From NCBI RefSeq assembly GCF_001194135.2, contig NC_068988.1:72871463-72935462 (forward strand): DNA of 64,000 bases, read 5' to 3'. Below the pieces are notes generated by a model that saw only the letters and a program-made list of their open reading frames with translations, did no database searches and was not told where the DNA came from. The position numbers and the translations under genes were made by a program. Positions 23,500 to 36,362 of this stretch are shown piece by piece. This DNA is from Octopus bimaculoides. Its lineage: Eukaryota. Each line of letters starts with the position of its first letter. Position 1 is the first letter of the stretch.

Positions 23500-24387
23500 G
23501 CTGGAGTATTGACCAGATGAAACAAGACTCTTTCATCAGTTTTCTTGGGCTTTTAGTGTTGATAGCCTTTTGTAACTACCTCAGCAAGTTGGCATAGTAC
23601 TTTCCATTGATGTTGTGGCCCTTTTGAAGATAGTCAATAAGCGCAATTCCTTTTTGCATCCCAAAAAGACTGAGGCTTTCACTTTCACTGCAGATGAAAT
23701 GACCTTGGCCTCCTTTGGAGCAGGTGAGGAGGGGTATTTTCACTGCATGGATTGTCTCTTTGTCTCTGGCTCAAAGAAATTAACCCAACACTCATCGTGG
23801 GTAAGAAGACGTTCAAGGAAATCAGCTGGATCTGTCTCAAACACTGTCAGATTTTCCTGTGAAGTGATCAATCTGGTGTGCTTTTGATCAGGTGTCAGAA
23901 AACATTACACCTACTGAGCAGAAACCTTCGTCATGCCAAGTTCATTGAGCAAAATATTCTCAACTCTCTCACAGGATATTCTATTGGCTATTTGATTTAT
24001 AGTATGTGGTGAACATGATCAATGTTTGCCTTAGTGGTGGCAGTTGCAAGATATCCAGACCTTGGGTCATCTTCAAGACTCTCTCTTCTCCACCTCAATT
24101 TAGCTACCCACTTTTGCATGTAGCACCCATGTCAGCATAAATGTCCTTTTGGACTAAACCCCTTTTCTGTAGGTACTTGATAGCACTACAATGCCAAATT
24201 TTGACCATTTTCAAGAGAAGTCACTATTAGTTACTTTTGAAGTCTTCTCTGCTCAGTCAGATGTCAGTTTAGTTGGAAAGAAACACTGAGGTTATAAATA
24301 AGAAGTGTTGAAATTAATGCATTGAAGATTTCACAGCTCTATCAACACTCCATAATCAGCCTATGAACTCTTCACCCCACCTTCATA
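23500..24387 (-). mobile_element. Second mariner, 3'-truncated
   Basis: TIR-like TATGAAGGTGGGGTGAAGAGTTCATAGG at the 24387 end. Transposase pieces: MVKIWHCSAIKYLQKRG, FLERLLTHDECWVNFFEPETKRQSMQ, and the region equivalent to KL.KGVLFHQDNAP. Confidence 0.8.
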
Positions 24388-24389
24388 CA

Positions 24390-25500
24390 CCTATACACCT
24401 GACATTGGACAGATATACATCTGCAGTGTACAGGCATTTACCTCTTGTGCATATACAGGGACCCATATATGCAGATATATTTAGTGTAGAGACTGGCTCC
24501 TTCAGTGCTCAAGCATGAAGCTACAGTATAAAAAGATACTTCTAGAAATATACATTCAGATACATTCAGTGCACAGAGGGATACATCCAGTTACGACAGG
24601 CACTTCTAGTGTAAATAGAATTCTTTCGCATACTTACACCTCCAGTGTAAAGATAACTCTATTGTTAGACACCTCTTGGATATAGTCATCTTTAGTATTT
24701 AAACCCTATGTATAGCCACATCCAGAGGACAGACAAATACTTCCGGTGTAGACATTTAACTCCACTGCAAAGAAATCTTCTGCTACTGGGCAAACACCTC
24801 CTCTCTGTAAACAAGCACTTCCATTGTATTTGCTGATACCTCCTGCAAACATACTCATCAGTGTTCAAAGAAATATATCTAAACACCACTAATGTACATG
24901 AAATCACATGTAGTGTACAGGCACACATCACTAGTGTATGTGCAAGTGACTGCAGCTAAAATAGAGCCACTTCCCGTGTACAAAAACAACAGCAGTGTAG
25001 ATAGGTACCTTCTGAGTAGACATGCATTTCCAGTATATAAATCTTCATTGTATGGGCAGGCAATTCCTATGTACAGAGAAGTACCCCCTGTTTACAGACA
25101 GAGGCACCCGGTGTATAGGTATGCACCTCCAGATAGACACCTCTCATGTATAGACAAACATTTCTGGACAACTGACAGGAGCCTACAGAGTAGTGTACTG
25201 ATAAGGACCTCCAGTATACACGCCATGCAACTCCAGTATAAATACAGACCTTCAGCATACACAGACACTTCCAGTATACAGGAATATATATATATTCAGT
25301 TGAGAGACAGGCACAGCCAGTGCAATGTACAGACAAATGTAGTATGCAAACATCTCCAGTGTACAGACAAGTACTCCACTATATAGACATCTCCAGTGTC
25401 TGTACAATGGAGGTGTCAAATATACAGACAAGCATATCCAGTGTGTTGACAGACACATTGTATATAACCAGAAACCTCTGGCAAACAGAGATCTCTAAAG
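24390..25500 (+). repeat. Highly degenerate ~20-21 bp minisatellite (core ACA(C/T)YTCCAGTGTACAG)
   Basis: Dozens of CCAGTGTA / CCAGTATA / CAGTGTACAG variants at roughly 20-bp spacing. Confidence 0.75.
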
Positions 25501-26559
25501 CAATACCACATGTGGCTGATCTATTTGTCTGTCTATCTGTCTTATTTTGAATTATTAGAACTTATCATTGTACAAAGGAGTTGGTCTCTAACAAAAAAAA
25601 AACAAAAAAAAAACACAGCTCCATTACTGGAATTTCAATTACAAAAACAATAATTGCTGTGCATTGAAGTTTAAAAAACTCTTGCATAATTTTATTTTTC
25701 CACTGACTGATTATATTTGTATAGTTATATGTTAGCTGGTATCTTTCTTTGTTTAAAAATTGTAGCTTTTCTAGATTGTTACTTCAACATTTACTCACAT
25801 AACTAAGTGCATTAATAATTGTTAGGACAAATGTAAATTTATAATCAAAACAGATGGGCTGCAGATTTCAATACATAAATATTCTCCTTCTTACTGATTT
25901 TTGGAAGGAATGTTCATATCTATAGGGCAGCTGAGTTTTCTTTATTGTCTTAAACAAACAACTATATGTGACCTGGTTGAAGTTTCTATGGGAATGCTCT
26001 GTCAATAATCCATGTACTGATATATATATGCATGCATTCAGTAACAGAGGTGTTGATTATATTTATTCCAGAGCAGTCTTTCCTGCAGAAGGTATTATAT
26101 ACCGTTTTAGCAAAAACATCCTGTTATAATGGGACATAGAACCTTGATGACATTTTTAGGCAGCTGCTGGTCACATAAATGATATATTCCACAGAAGATT
26201 AGCATAACTGACAAGTGTGTATGGGTGGATGGATGAATGGATGGATGGATGAATGGGTGAGTGGATGGATGGATGGGTGGATGGGTGGATGGATGTTATT
26301 TTTATCCTTTAGGATTTGATTTTTTTTACTTTGCAGAATCAAAATGAATAACAAAGTGATAAGGCTCAAGTTTAAATCAAGCAATTCTTGGGGTTTGTAG
26401 ATATTTGAATTGGATAGTATGCACGTGTGTGTGTGTGCGTGTGTGTGAACGTGTTTGTGCGTGTGCGTGTGTGTGTGTGTGCATGCACATGTGTGTGTGC
26501 ATGTGCATGTGTTGTATGTGTGTGTATTCTATATGTACATGTGATTGAGTGTATATATT

Positions 26560-27180
26560 CATCTCAGGAAACTCAAATGGAGAATCCCTGGAATGTTTGC
26601 CATTTTCAGTGTACCTCTAATCAATTGTTGTATTTGGAGAATGCAAATCAACTTGTTTAGTTCTTTTGGGTGTAATCCCAGCATCCACCTATAATAATAG
26701 GTCTAAAAGAAAATCTATAGCTTGGCTATAAGAGCTGTGGGTTTCTCATCAGTTCTCCATAGATGTTTTCCTTTTCTCCAATTTTTGGTGAGATATTTGT
26801 ATCTGCTGAGCAGCTGATCTCCATAACAGTCATGGACTTTCACTCCATCTCATAAGGCAAAATGTGATCTGTTGTGTTTACACTGGGTTGCTGTTTTAAT
26901 TGTTTTATGTTCCACTGGTGTTCTTTTCTTTAAGTGTAGATACATTTTTGGTTTTTGTGTGCCTTTGGTATACCCTTCCTGCATATAGCATTACAGATGG
27001 TTTTAGTGACAGTGTTGTGTCTTATAGAAAGATAGTAGCTTGAAGATATTTTTGGACAGCTGGTGATAATATAAATGATATCTTTCACATTGGAATGGTA
27101 CAATTGACATTTTCTGTCATAATGTGGAAGTCTCAAGATATGCCTATCTCTCTTGTTGATCACATATTCTAACCATGAAG
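26560..27180 (-). mobile_element. RLE-type (R2/R4/NeSL-like) non-LTR retrotransposon, 3' fragment
   Basis: DRKCQL...DIIYIITSCPKISSSYYLSIRHNTVTK (CCHC/RH region), then VMEISCSADTNISPKIGEKENIYGELMR and IIIGG. Confidence 0.7.
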
Positions 27181-27219
27181 TTTGCAGATTTCAGTAGTGC
27201 TGCTCAATTTCCTTAAGGA

Positions 27220-28078
27220 TGACAGGTAAAGTCAACCATAACAGAATTTGAACATCAAGTGCAAAGTGAATAATAAATTCACTAGCCATGATCTGCAGTA
27301 TTCAGCAGTGTTGTTTCACTTCCTTAAGGACAACCTAATTGATAAGGAACTATTTGACACAGTCCCAGGCTCCTTTCTGTTCTACTAATGAGCAAACTAA
27401 TTTCTCTTAAACATGAACAGAGAATGGCAAGTGGAAAACTTTCTGTAAGAAATTATTAGGATGCAGAGCTGTCAACCGCACCTCTTGCCTAGTCATTAGT
27501 AGCAACATTATATGTTTTGTAGTGATCCTGAAGGAATATATTCAAACAACCTGTGAACAACTTATGCATTACATTCAAACATGCTATGAGCCTGTAGTTT
27601 TGGGTCATATAAATCTGCATTTTAGGCACTAATGCCGTAATGCTACTGTCACCCAGATTGATACATTCAGGTCAGCATTCATTATTCTTTTGAATAGGCA
27701 AACAAGGGCTATCCATATCTCTTTCCCTAATGATTCTATCTAAATCGTTCGTTTATGAGTTTGAGGATATGGCCATTTATACTGCAATATATACAGTTTG
27801 TGAGTTTAGTGTAAATGTGCAATTGATAGCTCTGCATCCTAATAATTTCTTACACAAAGTTTTCCACTTGCCATTCTCTGTTCATGTTTAAGGGAAATTA
27901 GTTTGCCCATTCGTAGAATAGAAAGGAGTCTGGGACTGTGTCAAATAGTTCCTTATCAATAAAGTTGTCCTTAAGGAAATGAAACAACACTGCTGAATGT
28001 TGCAGATGGTGGCTAGTGGAGTTATTATTCACTTTGTACTTGATGTTCAAATTCTGCTATGGTTGACTTTACCTGTCA
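27220..28078. repeat. Inverted duplication, ~260-bp arms, ~335-bp spacer
   Basis: 27220-27481 is the reverse complement of 27817-28078 (~90% identical by eye). Confidence 0.9.
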
Positions 28079-28854
28079 CTCTTTTGGGGTCAGCTAAATA
28101 AGTACCTATCAAGTACTGGGATCAACTTGTCCCTTCTCTTCAAAATTGCTAGCCTTGTGCCAAAATTAGAAAGGATTTTACTAGTCCTATGTTCTTTCTA
28201 TTTTAAATTTCTACTAGGTATGTTTTAACAAGACTCGATTATTCTACATCATGCTGTAGTTATGATTAAAGTTTTTCATATTTCTTTTGAATACAGAGGT
28301 ACCTGATGTGCATAATATATGCAATAACTTCTCTATGGAGACTTCTTCAATTTTGTTATGGCTTATGATGGCCATACACTTTACAGGATTGGTGAAAATT
28401 AAGATCTCATCTCTGCTAAACATATTCAAAAGTAAGGAGGTGGTATCAAATTTAGCAGCAGATTAAGTTTACAACACAATGGGAGATTTTAGGTGACATC
28501 ATCTAGTTTACATAACTGAAAGGATTAAGAAGTATTACTTGAAGTTCTCTGACAGTTGATATTGTCAAACCTAACTATCCTTGGTGAATTAATGTTTAAA
28601 TCATCTTAAGATTTATATTAGTAAACAGGTGAACAGTTTGCATCAAGGATATTGATATGATATCAAAGAATTGTTAGGTTCTAGCAGATTGCTGCTTCTT
28701 TGCTTTGTTTAACAAATTGATAATGCAATATTTCTTTTAATATAATTGACTGGACTAGTATGGGTTGGGAAAATTGTTATTAAAAAATATTGGTCACACA
28801 CTTATAGTGTAACACTCTAACAAAATATAAATCAATATCATTTAAACATAGGCA

Positions 28855-29265
28855 CAGGTGTGGCTGTGTGGTAAGTAGCTTGCTTACCAACCACATGGTT
28901 CCGGGTTCAGTCTCACTGCATGGCACTTTGGGCAAGTGTCTTCTACTATAGCCTCGGGCTGACCAAAGCCTTGTGAGTGGATTTGGTAGACGGAAACTGA
29001 AAGAAGCCCGTCGTATATATGTATATATATATATGTGTGTGTTTGTGTGTCTGTGTTTGTCACCCCACCATCGCTTGACCCATCGCTTGACAACCAATGC
29101 TGGTGTGTTTACGTCCCCATAACTTAGCAGTTCAGCAAAAGAGACCGATAGAATAAGTACTAGGCTTACAGAGAATAAGTCCTGGGGTCGATTTGTTCGA
29201 CTAAAGGTGGTGCTCCAGCATGGCCACAGTCAAATGACTGAAATAAGTAAAAGAGTAAAAAGAGA
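28855..29265 (+). mobile_element. CORE-like SINE (family A), full length
   Basis: GGCTGTGTGGTAAGTAGCTTGC...GGTTCAGTC head, GGCACTTTGGGCAAGTGTC core, 3' GTAAAAGA repeats. Confidence 0.9.
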
Positions 29266-29274
29266 ATATACCAA

Positions 29275-29490
29275 GGTAGTGAGCTGGCAGAATCATTAGA
29301 AAGGCTGGGCAAAATGCTTAGTGACATTTAATCTGTCTTTTCATTCTGAGTTCAAATTCTACCCCGGTCAACTTTGCCCTTCATCTTTTCAAAGTTGATA
29401 AAATTAGTACCAGTTGATTGCTAGGGTTGATGTAATTGGCTTACCCCCTCCCTTGAACTTACTGGCCTTGTGCCAAAATATGAAACCAAT
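29275..29490 (+). mobile_element. SINE family B
   Basis: GGTAGTGAGCTGGCAGAATCATTAG head; GAGTTCAAATTC. Confidence 0.75.
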
Positions 29491-29491
29491 A

Positions 29492-29900
29492 GGTGCAGGA
29501 GTGGCTGTGTGGTAAGTAGCTTGCTTACAAACCACATGGTTCCGGGTTCAGTCCCACTGCGTGGCACCTTGGGCAAGTGTCTTCTACTATAGCCTCGGGC
29601 CGACCAAAACCTTGTGAGTGGATTTGGTAGATGGAAACTGAAAGAAGTCCGTCGTATATATGTATATATATATATATGTATGTGTGTCTGTGTATGTTTG
29701 TGTCTGTGTTTGTCCCCCAACATCGCCTGACAACCGATGCTGGTGTGTTTACATCCCCGTAACTTAGCGGTTTGGCAAAAAGAGACTGATAGAATAAGTA
29801 CTCGGCTTCCAAAGAATAAGTCCTGGGGTCGATTTGCTCGACTAAAGGTGGTGCTCCAGCATGGCCGCAGTCAAATGACTAAAACAAGTAAAAGAGTATA
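29492..29900 (+). mobile_element. CORE-like SINE (family A), full length
   Basis: Near-identical to 28855-29265. Confidence 0.9.
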
Positions 29901-30421
29901 CCATTGAGTATATTTGAATCTTTCAGTAAATGTTTAGTTGATTCACAGAATTCTAAATGAAACATCAAAAAAATATCATTTCGCATTTTATTTCAAATAG
30001 AGATATGCATTTCTTTAAAATGGTTTAGTTTGAGGGAAAAGGGACATGACTTCTTTGGGGTCATTAAGGTATTTATTCCCTAGTCAGTTTAGGCTGAATA
30101 CTCACAATTACTGGTCTCTGCTGAAGGCACTGGTGGTGTCTAACTGGTTGATGCATTAAGTTGGCCACTCAAGAACAGGAGCAGTCTCTTTGACAGGCTT
30201 CCACATAGTTTCTGTCCTCCAAATTTCCCTCACAAGACTTTGGCCAGCCTGAGGTTATGGCAGGAGCCACCCAAGGTGCTGCACAGTGGGATTGAATTCA
30301 AAGCTACAGGTGTGTGAAGTGAATTATTTAACCTGTTATTGGCAAAAGCACCAGATATCACAATTTACAGTTCAGTGATAAAAGAAAAGAATGACTGTCA
30401 CTTGCGTATTTTTTTTTCCAG

Positions 30422-30729
30422 AAAGAAAGGGATGATGATTGCCTATGCAGATAGACATCTTAACAGCTGCAGATGCTATAATGCGAAGGGAGACAATTCA
30501 CATTAGGCTGCTATAACCATGCTTTCCCCACAGCAGATGTGCACACCCCATCCTCATTCACTTTCTCTACTGGCCGTTTGTCAAGAATTTCTTGTGATTG
30601 CTTTCTTATTCTAATTGGCTCACTGTCATCTGTTCTCATTGTCACATCACACATCAAGTCCAGTACAATATCTTTATACATCGTCTCATCCATAGCTTTC
30701 TCCAAATAGCGACATGGAACTGGAAACTG
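30422..30729 (+). other. Possible spliced, probably non-coding exon followed by a 95-nt intron (30730-30824)
   Basis: T9CCAG acceptor at 30421, CTG|GTAAGA donor, long polypyrimidine tract then AAAG|G at 30824. No frame is open across the whole exon. Confidence 0.35.
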
Positions 30730-32471
30730 GTAAGATCCATATATATATTTTTCAAGCACCATTCTTTATCTTCATATTTCTTCTGATGTTTTATATTTTT
30801 CCTTCTTTTCATTTTTTTTTAAAGGAATAAACATTGGAAATAGTTTTTCGAATGTTTCTATCACATATCTTGCAAGTCTGTGTAGTAGTAGTCTTAACTG
30901 TTGCCATGGCAATAATAGATTTCAAGCGATCCAAAAATTTCCGATACAAACAATTAATGATCTCGAACCAAGCAGGGAGCCTCTACGCGGTTGCTCAATT
31001 TGCTAGAAATAACAATCAAATTTCCTCTGAAAACATCCCACTCTCTTAAAAACGGGAAGGACACTTAAGAAAATGTTGATTTAAATACTCCTAAAAGATA
31101 AAATGTTATGGCTAGAATACATTTGATGATAGGTTTACCTAATCAGATCAAGTCTACGGTTTAATGACAGTAATTAATTGTATTTTCAGTCACTGACTGA
31201 AAACATTGATTTTCATTGTGACTGATTCTACCCAGGTAGCATCATAGCAGTTGCCTTCCTTCGGATTTAGCCTACGACACTATTGAATAATTACTTCTAC
31301 ACATTTAGAAATACAAAAACAAGTAGCATTAATAAAATGTTTCGTAATGCCAACAATTAATGTGGCAGTTACTTTATAGCTTGTTCTTTTTCTATGTTGT
31401 CATGAAATAATAAGACTACCACTGCCTTTATCTTCGATATATGAAAAAGTTAAATTGTCAAATAAATATAGTTGTATAAATAGTGAAATCAAACACGGCA
31501 AGGTTTTATCGCTATGAAATTTAAAGTCCCCCACCACAAGAAAAAAGAAAAAGTAAAAAATAATGAAAATAATAATAACAATTCAGGGTGGTCTCAGAAG
31601 GCTTGCAGCCTTCGTGTTTAACTAGCCTTACTACTATTTGTCAACTATATGACATTTCAGCATCAAAACATTTAGTCTGCTGTAACAATGACATACAATA
31701 TGTGTTCTATAAAATATTATTGTTGTGATAAAATGATATTACTAAATGGACATTTATATTTGTAATTAATTGCTCAGCATTGTGGCATTATTTTCCTTTG
31801 CAACGACACTAATTGTTTTAGCTACAAAATGACATTTTAACATCTAGTATTTATTTCAAGTAAATGAAAAATATTAATGCTCTATTTTTATAAAATTCAT
31901 AATTTATTTGCCATAATTAACGAAGAATTCAAGAAATGTTTATTTTTCATATTTCTGCGATATTTCAATATTGTACACAATTCTTGTTTGAAAATTTTAT
32001 TTCAATGAATTGGTTTATTTACTCGTATGACTTAATAATGTTTAGAACTCGTCAAATATATATTTGATTGTAATATATCAGAATTACCGTCGTTCTGTCT
32101 TGGAAGTTTTTTTTTGCTTCTGGTTATCTGTTTTATTTAAAATTTTTAAGAGTCAATTAACAACACTTAACGTTTGCATCATTATTTTCATCAGATATCC
32201 ATTTGAATATATTTCACTTGTATTTCTTAAAACAATTTTTACGATTTCAACCTTGATGTTTTGTTTGATGGGTTGCTACATTAGGGCTTCATTTTTACTA
32301 TTTATTGGAAGCCAACACCCAGATAATTTTTTATTTATTTTTCTAACTTAAATGGTATTATGTGTTTTTTAATACTAGTACTAACTATATTTGATGCAAC
32401 TTTATAACTGACAGAATCGTTTCAGGGCCCCATGAAAGCGCATGTATTTCTTTGTCAGAATAGTTTTGTTT

Positions 32472-32475
<4 letters not shown>

Positions 32476-32530
<55 letters not shown>
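32476..32530. repeat. (TAA)n microsatellite
   Basis: Direct reading. Confidence 0.95.
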
Positions 32531-32531
<1 letters not shown>

Positions 32532-32559
32532 TTTTCGAGGGTAAAAAGTAAAATCGATG

Positions 32560-33646
32560 CAATCAAGAGCAGAGTTTGTCCCTCTCAGATTCTTGTCGTC
32601 TCTCCAATGCTTTGACGACCTAATCTTCATGGAACTCGATGCTTGGTCTTGGTCAATGTCAGACTCTATCCAGAGTCTCGTGACCAGGTTGCTTTGCCCA
32701 AATGGTTTGGGGGTCTAGGTCTGCGCAAGTGCTCCTCTCTATCTCTTCCCTGTTTTCTTTCCTCCATCTATGCTTGCTCTTCTTTAGTAGGCAACATTCT
32801 CTCCTATCCAACACAGACTAGGAGATGGATGAAGCTCTATTACAGTGGAGAGTGCTGGGTTTTTTTCAGTTCCTGTTACAGTTGAGGATAGACAGAAGCA
32901 GAAAGTATGGAACAATGTACACTCAGGTCCCACTTTCAATTCTCTCCTTGATCAACCTGATCAATTTTCAAGGTGTCACCTACTTTCTGCTAGTGCAAAA
33001 TTCTCGGAAGACTGAATTGATGCCCTGCCTGTGGCCACTATTGGTGGTCTACTCAGTCTAGATGAGCTCCACATCTCTATAGCCGACGTCTGTAGGGGAC
33101 TGAAATGTCGCTGCGGTAAGCCCCTCAACTTCACAGGTCTTCACGGTTTGTCTTACCTCCTAAATGCTGGTCATTTCGCTCGTCACACCGTGCTAAACTT
33201 ACTCATTAAGCGGGCTTTGGCTCGGATAAATATACCCTCAGTTCTGGAGCTGGCAGGATTATTCATAAGTGATAGGAAGAGACCAGGTAGTCTTACTCTC
33301 TCTGTCCCTGGGTAGAAACCTCATCTGGGACGTCACAGTCTTTGACTCGTTTACTCCCTCCCACATCCTGGATGCTGTGGTAAATGGGAACGTCACTACT
33401 TCCGTAGCCGAACGGAACAAAATCCTGAAATATCGGGACCTGTCAGTGAACTATCTCTTCCAGCCTGTGGCGTTTGAGACATTTGGAGCAGCTGGGTCGC
33501 TAACGGCGAAGTTCATCGTTGACGCTCGTCTGACCGAGGTGTCAGGAGATGCCCGTGAAGGTGCTTGGCTGTTCCAACGCCTAAGCTTCGTCATCGCCCG
33601 TGGCAATGCTGCGAGCGTTTTGCCTTGCTTCAACAGGTACCATTGA
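32560..33646 (+). mobile_element. CRE-clade non-LTR retrotransposon, 3' part (post-RT, zinc knuckle, RLE)
   Basis: QVALPKWFGGLGLRK; CRCGKPLNFTGLHGL...RHTVLNLLIKRALARINIPSVLE.AGL..SDRKRP; LIWDVTVFD...AERNKILKY...FQPVAFETFG...QRLSFVIARGNAASVL. Confidence 0.85.
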
Positions 33647-34199
33647 ACCTTGTAATGTGCAACCAATTGAGGCATTTGGTATTGCATTGATGTTTTTTTC
33701 CCTTTTCTTTTTTTGTTTTTCTTGTGTAAAATATATTCCTTTCACTGAATTATTGCAAATTGTAACAAACAGAATTTATTTTGATAAGATAATTATTTCT
33801 GTGTATTTATATGTATATATACCGATTTTCTATCTTCAAACACTAAAATGCTAACACATTCTATCAAGAGCAAAATTTTACAGAAAAGTAATTATGTCGC
33901 GTGTATTTGCTGTTAATCGTTCTCTCGTCCATTAACATTCGATATACTTTTGGTAGTTAATAGCCATGTTGCTCACGTTAATTAAGAACGTAGTCAACGT
34001 TTCAGAATAACAATGCCAGTCCATTATTCTCCTTTCAATACTAAATAGTTTCATTTTGTAAACATTTGAAGTAAGTACTTTCACTTTCAGGGTGCCGTGG
34101 ATATGAATAACTGCCCTAACATGTTAGACTTCATTAGAAATAAACAAATATTAATAGTTATAGTAGTTAAAAATAACAATCATTGAATAAATTAACCTT

Positions 34200-34625
34200 C
34201 AGCCGTGGCTGTGTGTTAAGAAGCTTGCTTCCCAACCACATATTTCGGGTTCAGTCCCACTGCGTGGAACCTTGAGCAAGTGTCTTATACTATAGCTTCG
34301 GGTCGAGTAAAGCTTTGTGAGTAGATTTGGTAGGCGGAAACTGAAAGAAGCACGTCGNNNNNNNNNNGAAGCACGTCGTATATGTATATATATACATATA
34401 TGTGTGTGTGTGTGTGTGTGTGTGTATCTGTGTTTGTCCCCACCAACTATTGCTTGATAACCGATGCTGGTATGTTTATGTCCCCGTAAGCTAGCGGTTC
34501 AGCAGAAGAGACTGATGCAATAAGTACTAGGCTTACAAAGAATAAGTCCTGGGGTCAATTTCTTCGATTAAAACCCTTTAAAGCAGTGTTCTTCCATGGC
34601 CGCAGTCAAATGACTGAAACAAGTA
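34200..34625 (+). mobile_element. CORE-like SINE (family A)
   Basis: Homologous to the copies at 28.9 and 29.5 kb. Confidence 0.85.
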
Positions 34626-35109
34626 AAAGAATAAAAGAATTGTTACTTTTAATTTGACTTCATTGCATACATATTTTAGTGAAGACACATGACTTAACGA
34701 TCATGGTGTTGAACTCAAGATCTCCGAGTCATGGTTTTGATTCTCCACCCACCGAGAACATAACGCGGCGTGATGTGTTTTTGAGCGAAATACTTCATGT
34801 CACGTTGTTCCAGGACAGTCTTGAAAATTAGTACCAGTGGCACCCTGCAACAGTCTATTAAGAAAGTCTTGTTCTTCAGCCTTAAACGCTTTAAAAATCT
34901 GGATAAGCTCAACATCATGAACTTGTAGGCTCGAGATATTTTGTTTCCAATTATTTCTTTCGTTTATCAGACTAAAATTTGATCCTGGTAAATCTTACTC
35001 CATTCTGAAATATATCTATATTAAAAATATATATCTCGTAATTTTTACCAACACTTGGAAGTGTCCTAAATGAATTTTGGTCACTTATAAATCTTTCTTG
35101 GAAAAATTA

Positions 35110-35147
<38 letters not shown>

Positions 35148-35149
35148 TA

Positions 35150-35400
35150 CATATGTGGCAAATACTGTTTGTTGGTGTGTTTGTGGAGTTGTTAGCTAAC
35201 TCCTCCTGCACCGTTTCATCGATTTCGATGAAACTCGACACGTGCGTAGAACTCATGTCTAGAAATCTTGTGGCATACTCAGATTGTTGAAAAATTCGAT
35301 AATAGGACCCCTGGAAGGGAACCTTATATATATCTAATATTTTTTATTTTAAAAGCCGAGGGAAATAACCCATTCATTGTCCTAAATTATTTGGTTAAAA
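35150..35400 (+). mobile_element. Non-autonomous interspersed repeat (possibly Helentron-associated), copy 1
   Basis: Follows (TA)n and contains the hairpin GTTTCATCG-ATTT-CGATGAAAC and GGGAAATAACC. An opposite-orientation homolog lies at 43930-44200. Confidence 0.55.
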
Positions 35401-35415
35401 TGAAATTGAGTATGC

Positions 35416-35524
35416 TTATTTCTTAGTACAGTTCTATATTTAAGAGATGAGGAATTATGTACATTATTTACATTTGACGGATATTTATCTATCCGTCAAA
35501 TGTAAATAATGTTATTTCTTAGTA
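35416..35524. mobile_element. Mini fold-back of the SINE-hammerhead family 3' end, with a 13-bp TSD
   Basis: TTATTTCTTAGTA at 35416-35428 and 35512-35524. Perfect 23-bp stem (35461-35483 / 35490-35512). Sequence matches 57179-57235. Confidence 0.85.
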
Positions 35525-36008
35525 TTTGAACAGTTAGAGTTATTTTCGCAATTTATCCAGTACACCCCTTAAACAAGTAAATAGTATTTTCCTAAACAAC
35601 AAATCCACTTATTTCGGTTAGTGACTTATTCACGAATACACCAACACTAGTTCCCCTGAGGGTAATATTCTCTGGGAACGCACAAAAGCCCTTTTCAGAG
35701 TTATTTACTTTGAATTGTTATTATCTCATATCTGATTAGCCTGTTATTACGTAACATGCTTCACGGTTTTAGTATACATACCTTATTNNNNNNNNNNNNN
35801 NNNNNNNNNNNNNNNNNNNNNNNNNNNNNNNNNNNNNNNNNNNNNNNNNNNNNNNNNNNNNNNNNNNNNNNNNNNNNNNNNNNNNNNNNNNNNNNNNNNN
35901 NNNNNNNNNNNNNNNNNNNNNNNNNNNNNNNNNNNNNNNNNNNNNNNNNNNNNNNNNNNNNNNNNNNNNNNNNNNNNNNNNNNNNNNNNNNNNNNNNNNN
36001 NNNNNNNN

Positions 36009-36075
<67 letters not shown>

Positions 36076-36144
36076 CGTTTTTGTATCTGGTTTGCAAGAT
36101 TCCTTATGTGAATTCGTGTGTTGAAACAAATTTTGTTGTCTGGA

Positions 36145-36362
36145 GGAGAGTCATAGAGCCCTAACGCACTCGCCGGTTCAATTTCCACTTATTTATTTAT
36201 TTATTTATTTAGTCCACAAAGCTTTTTCATGGCTGCGTTTGCGACCGTATCAACGGATTTTGACTGACTGTCCCTGACAGTCTGGAATAAATAAATAAAT
36301 AAATAAATGACTAGAAATTGAACCGATGAGTGTGTTATATTAAGGCATTATGACTCACCCCA
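36145..36362. mobile_element. Small MITE-like element
   Basis: ~65-bp imperfect TIRs: GAGTCATA...GGTTCAATTTC-(TTAT)n and the reverse complement. Confidence 0.65.
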
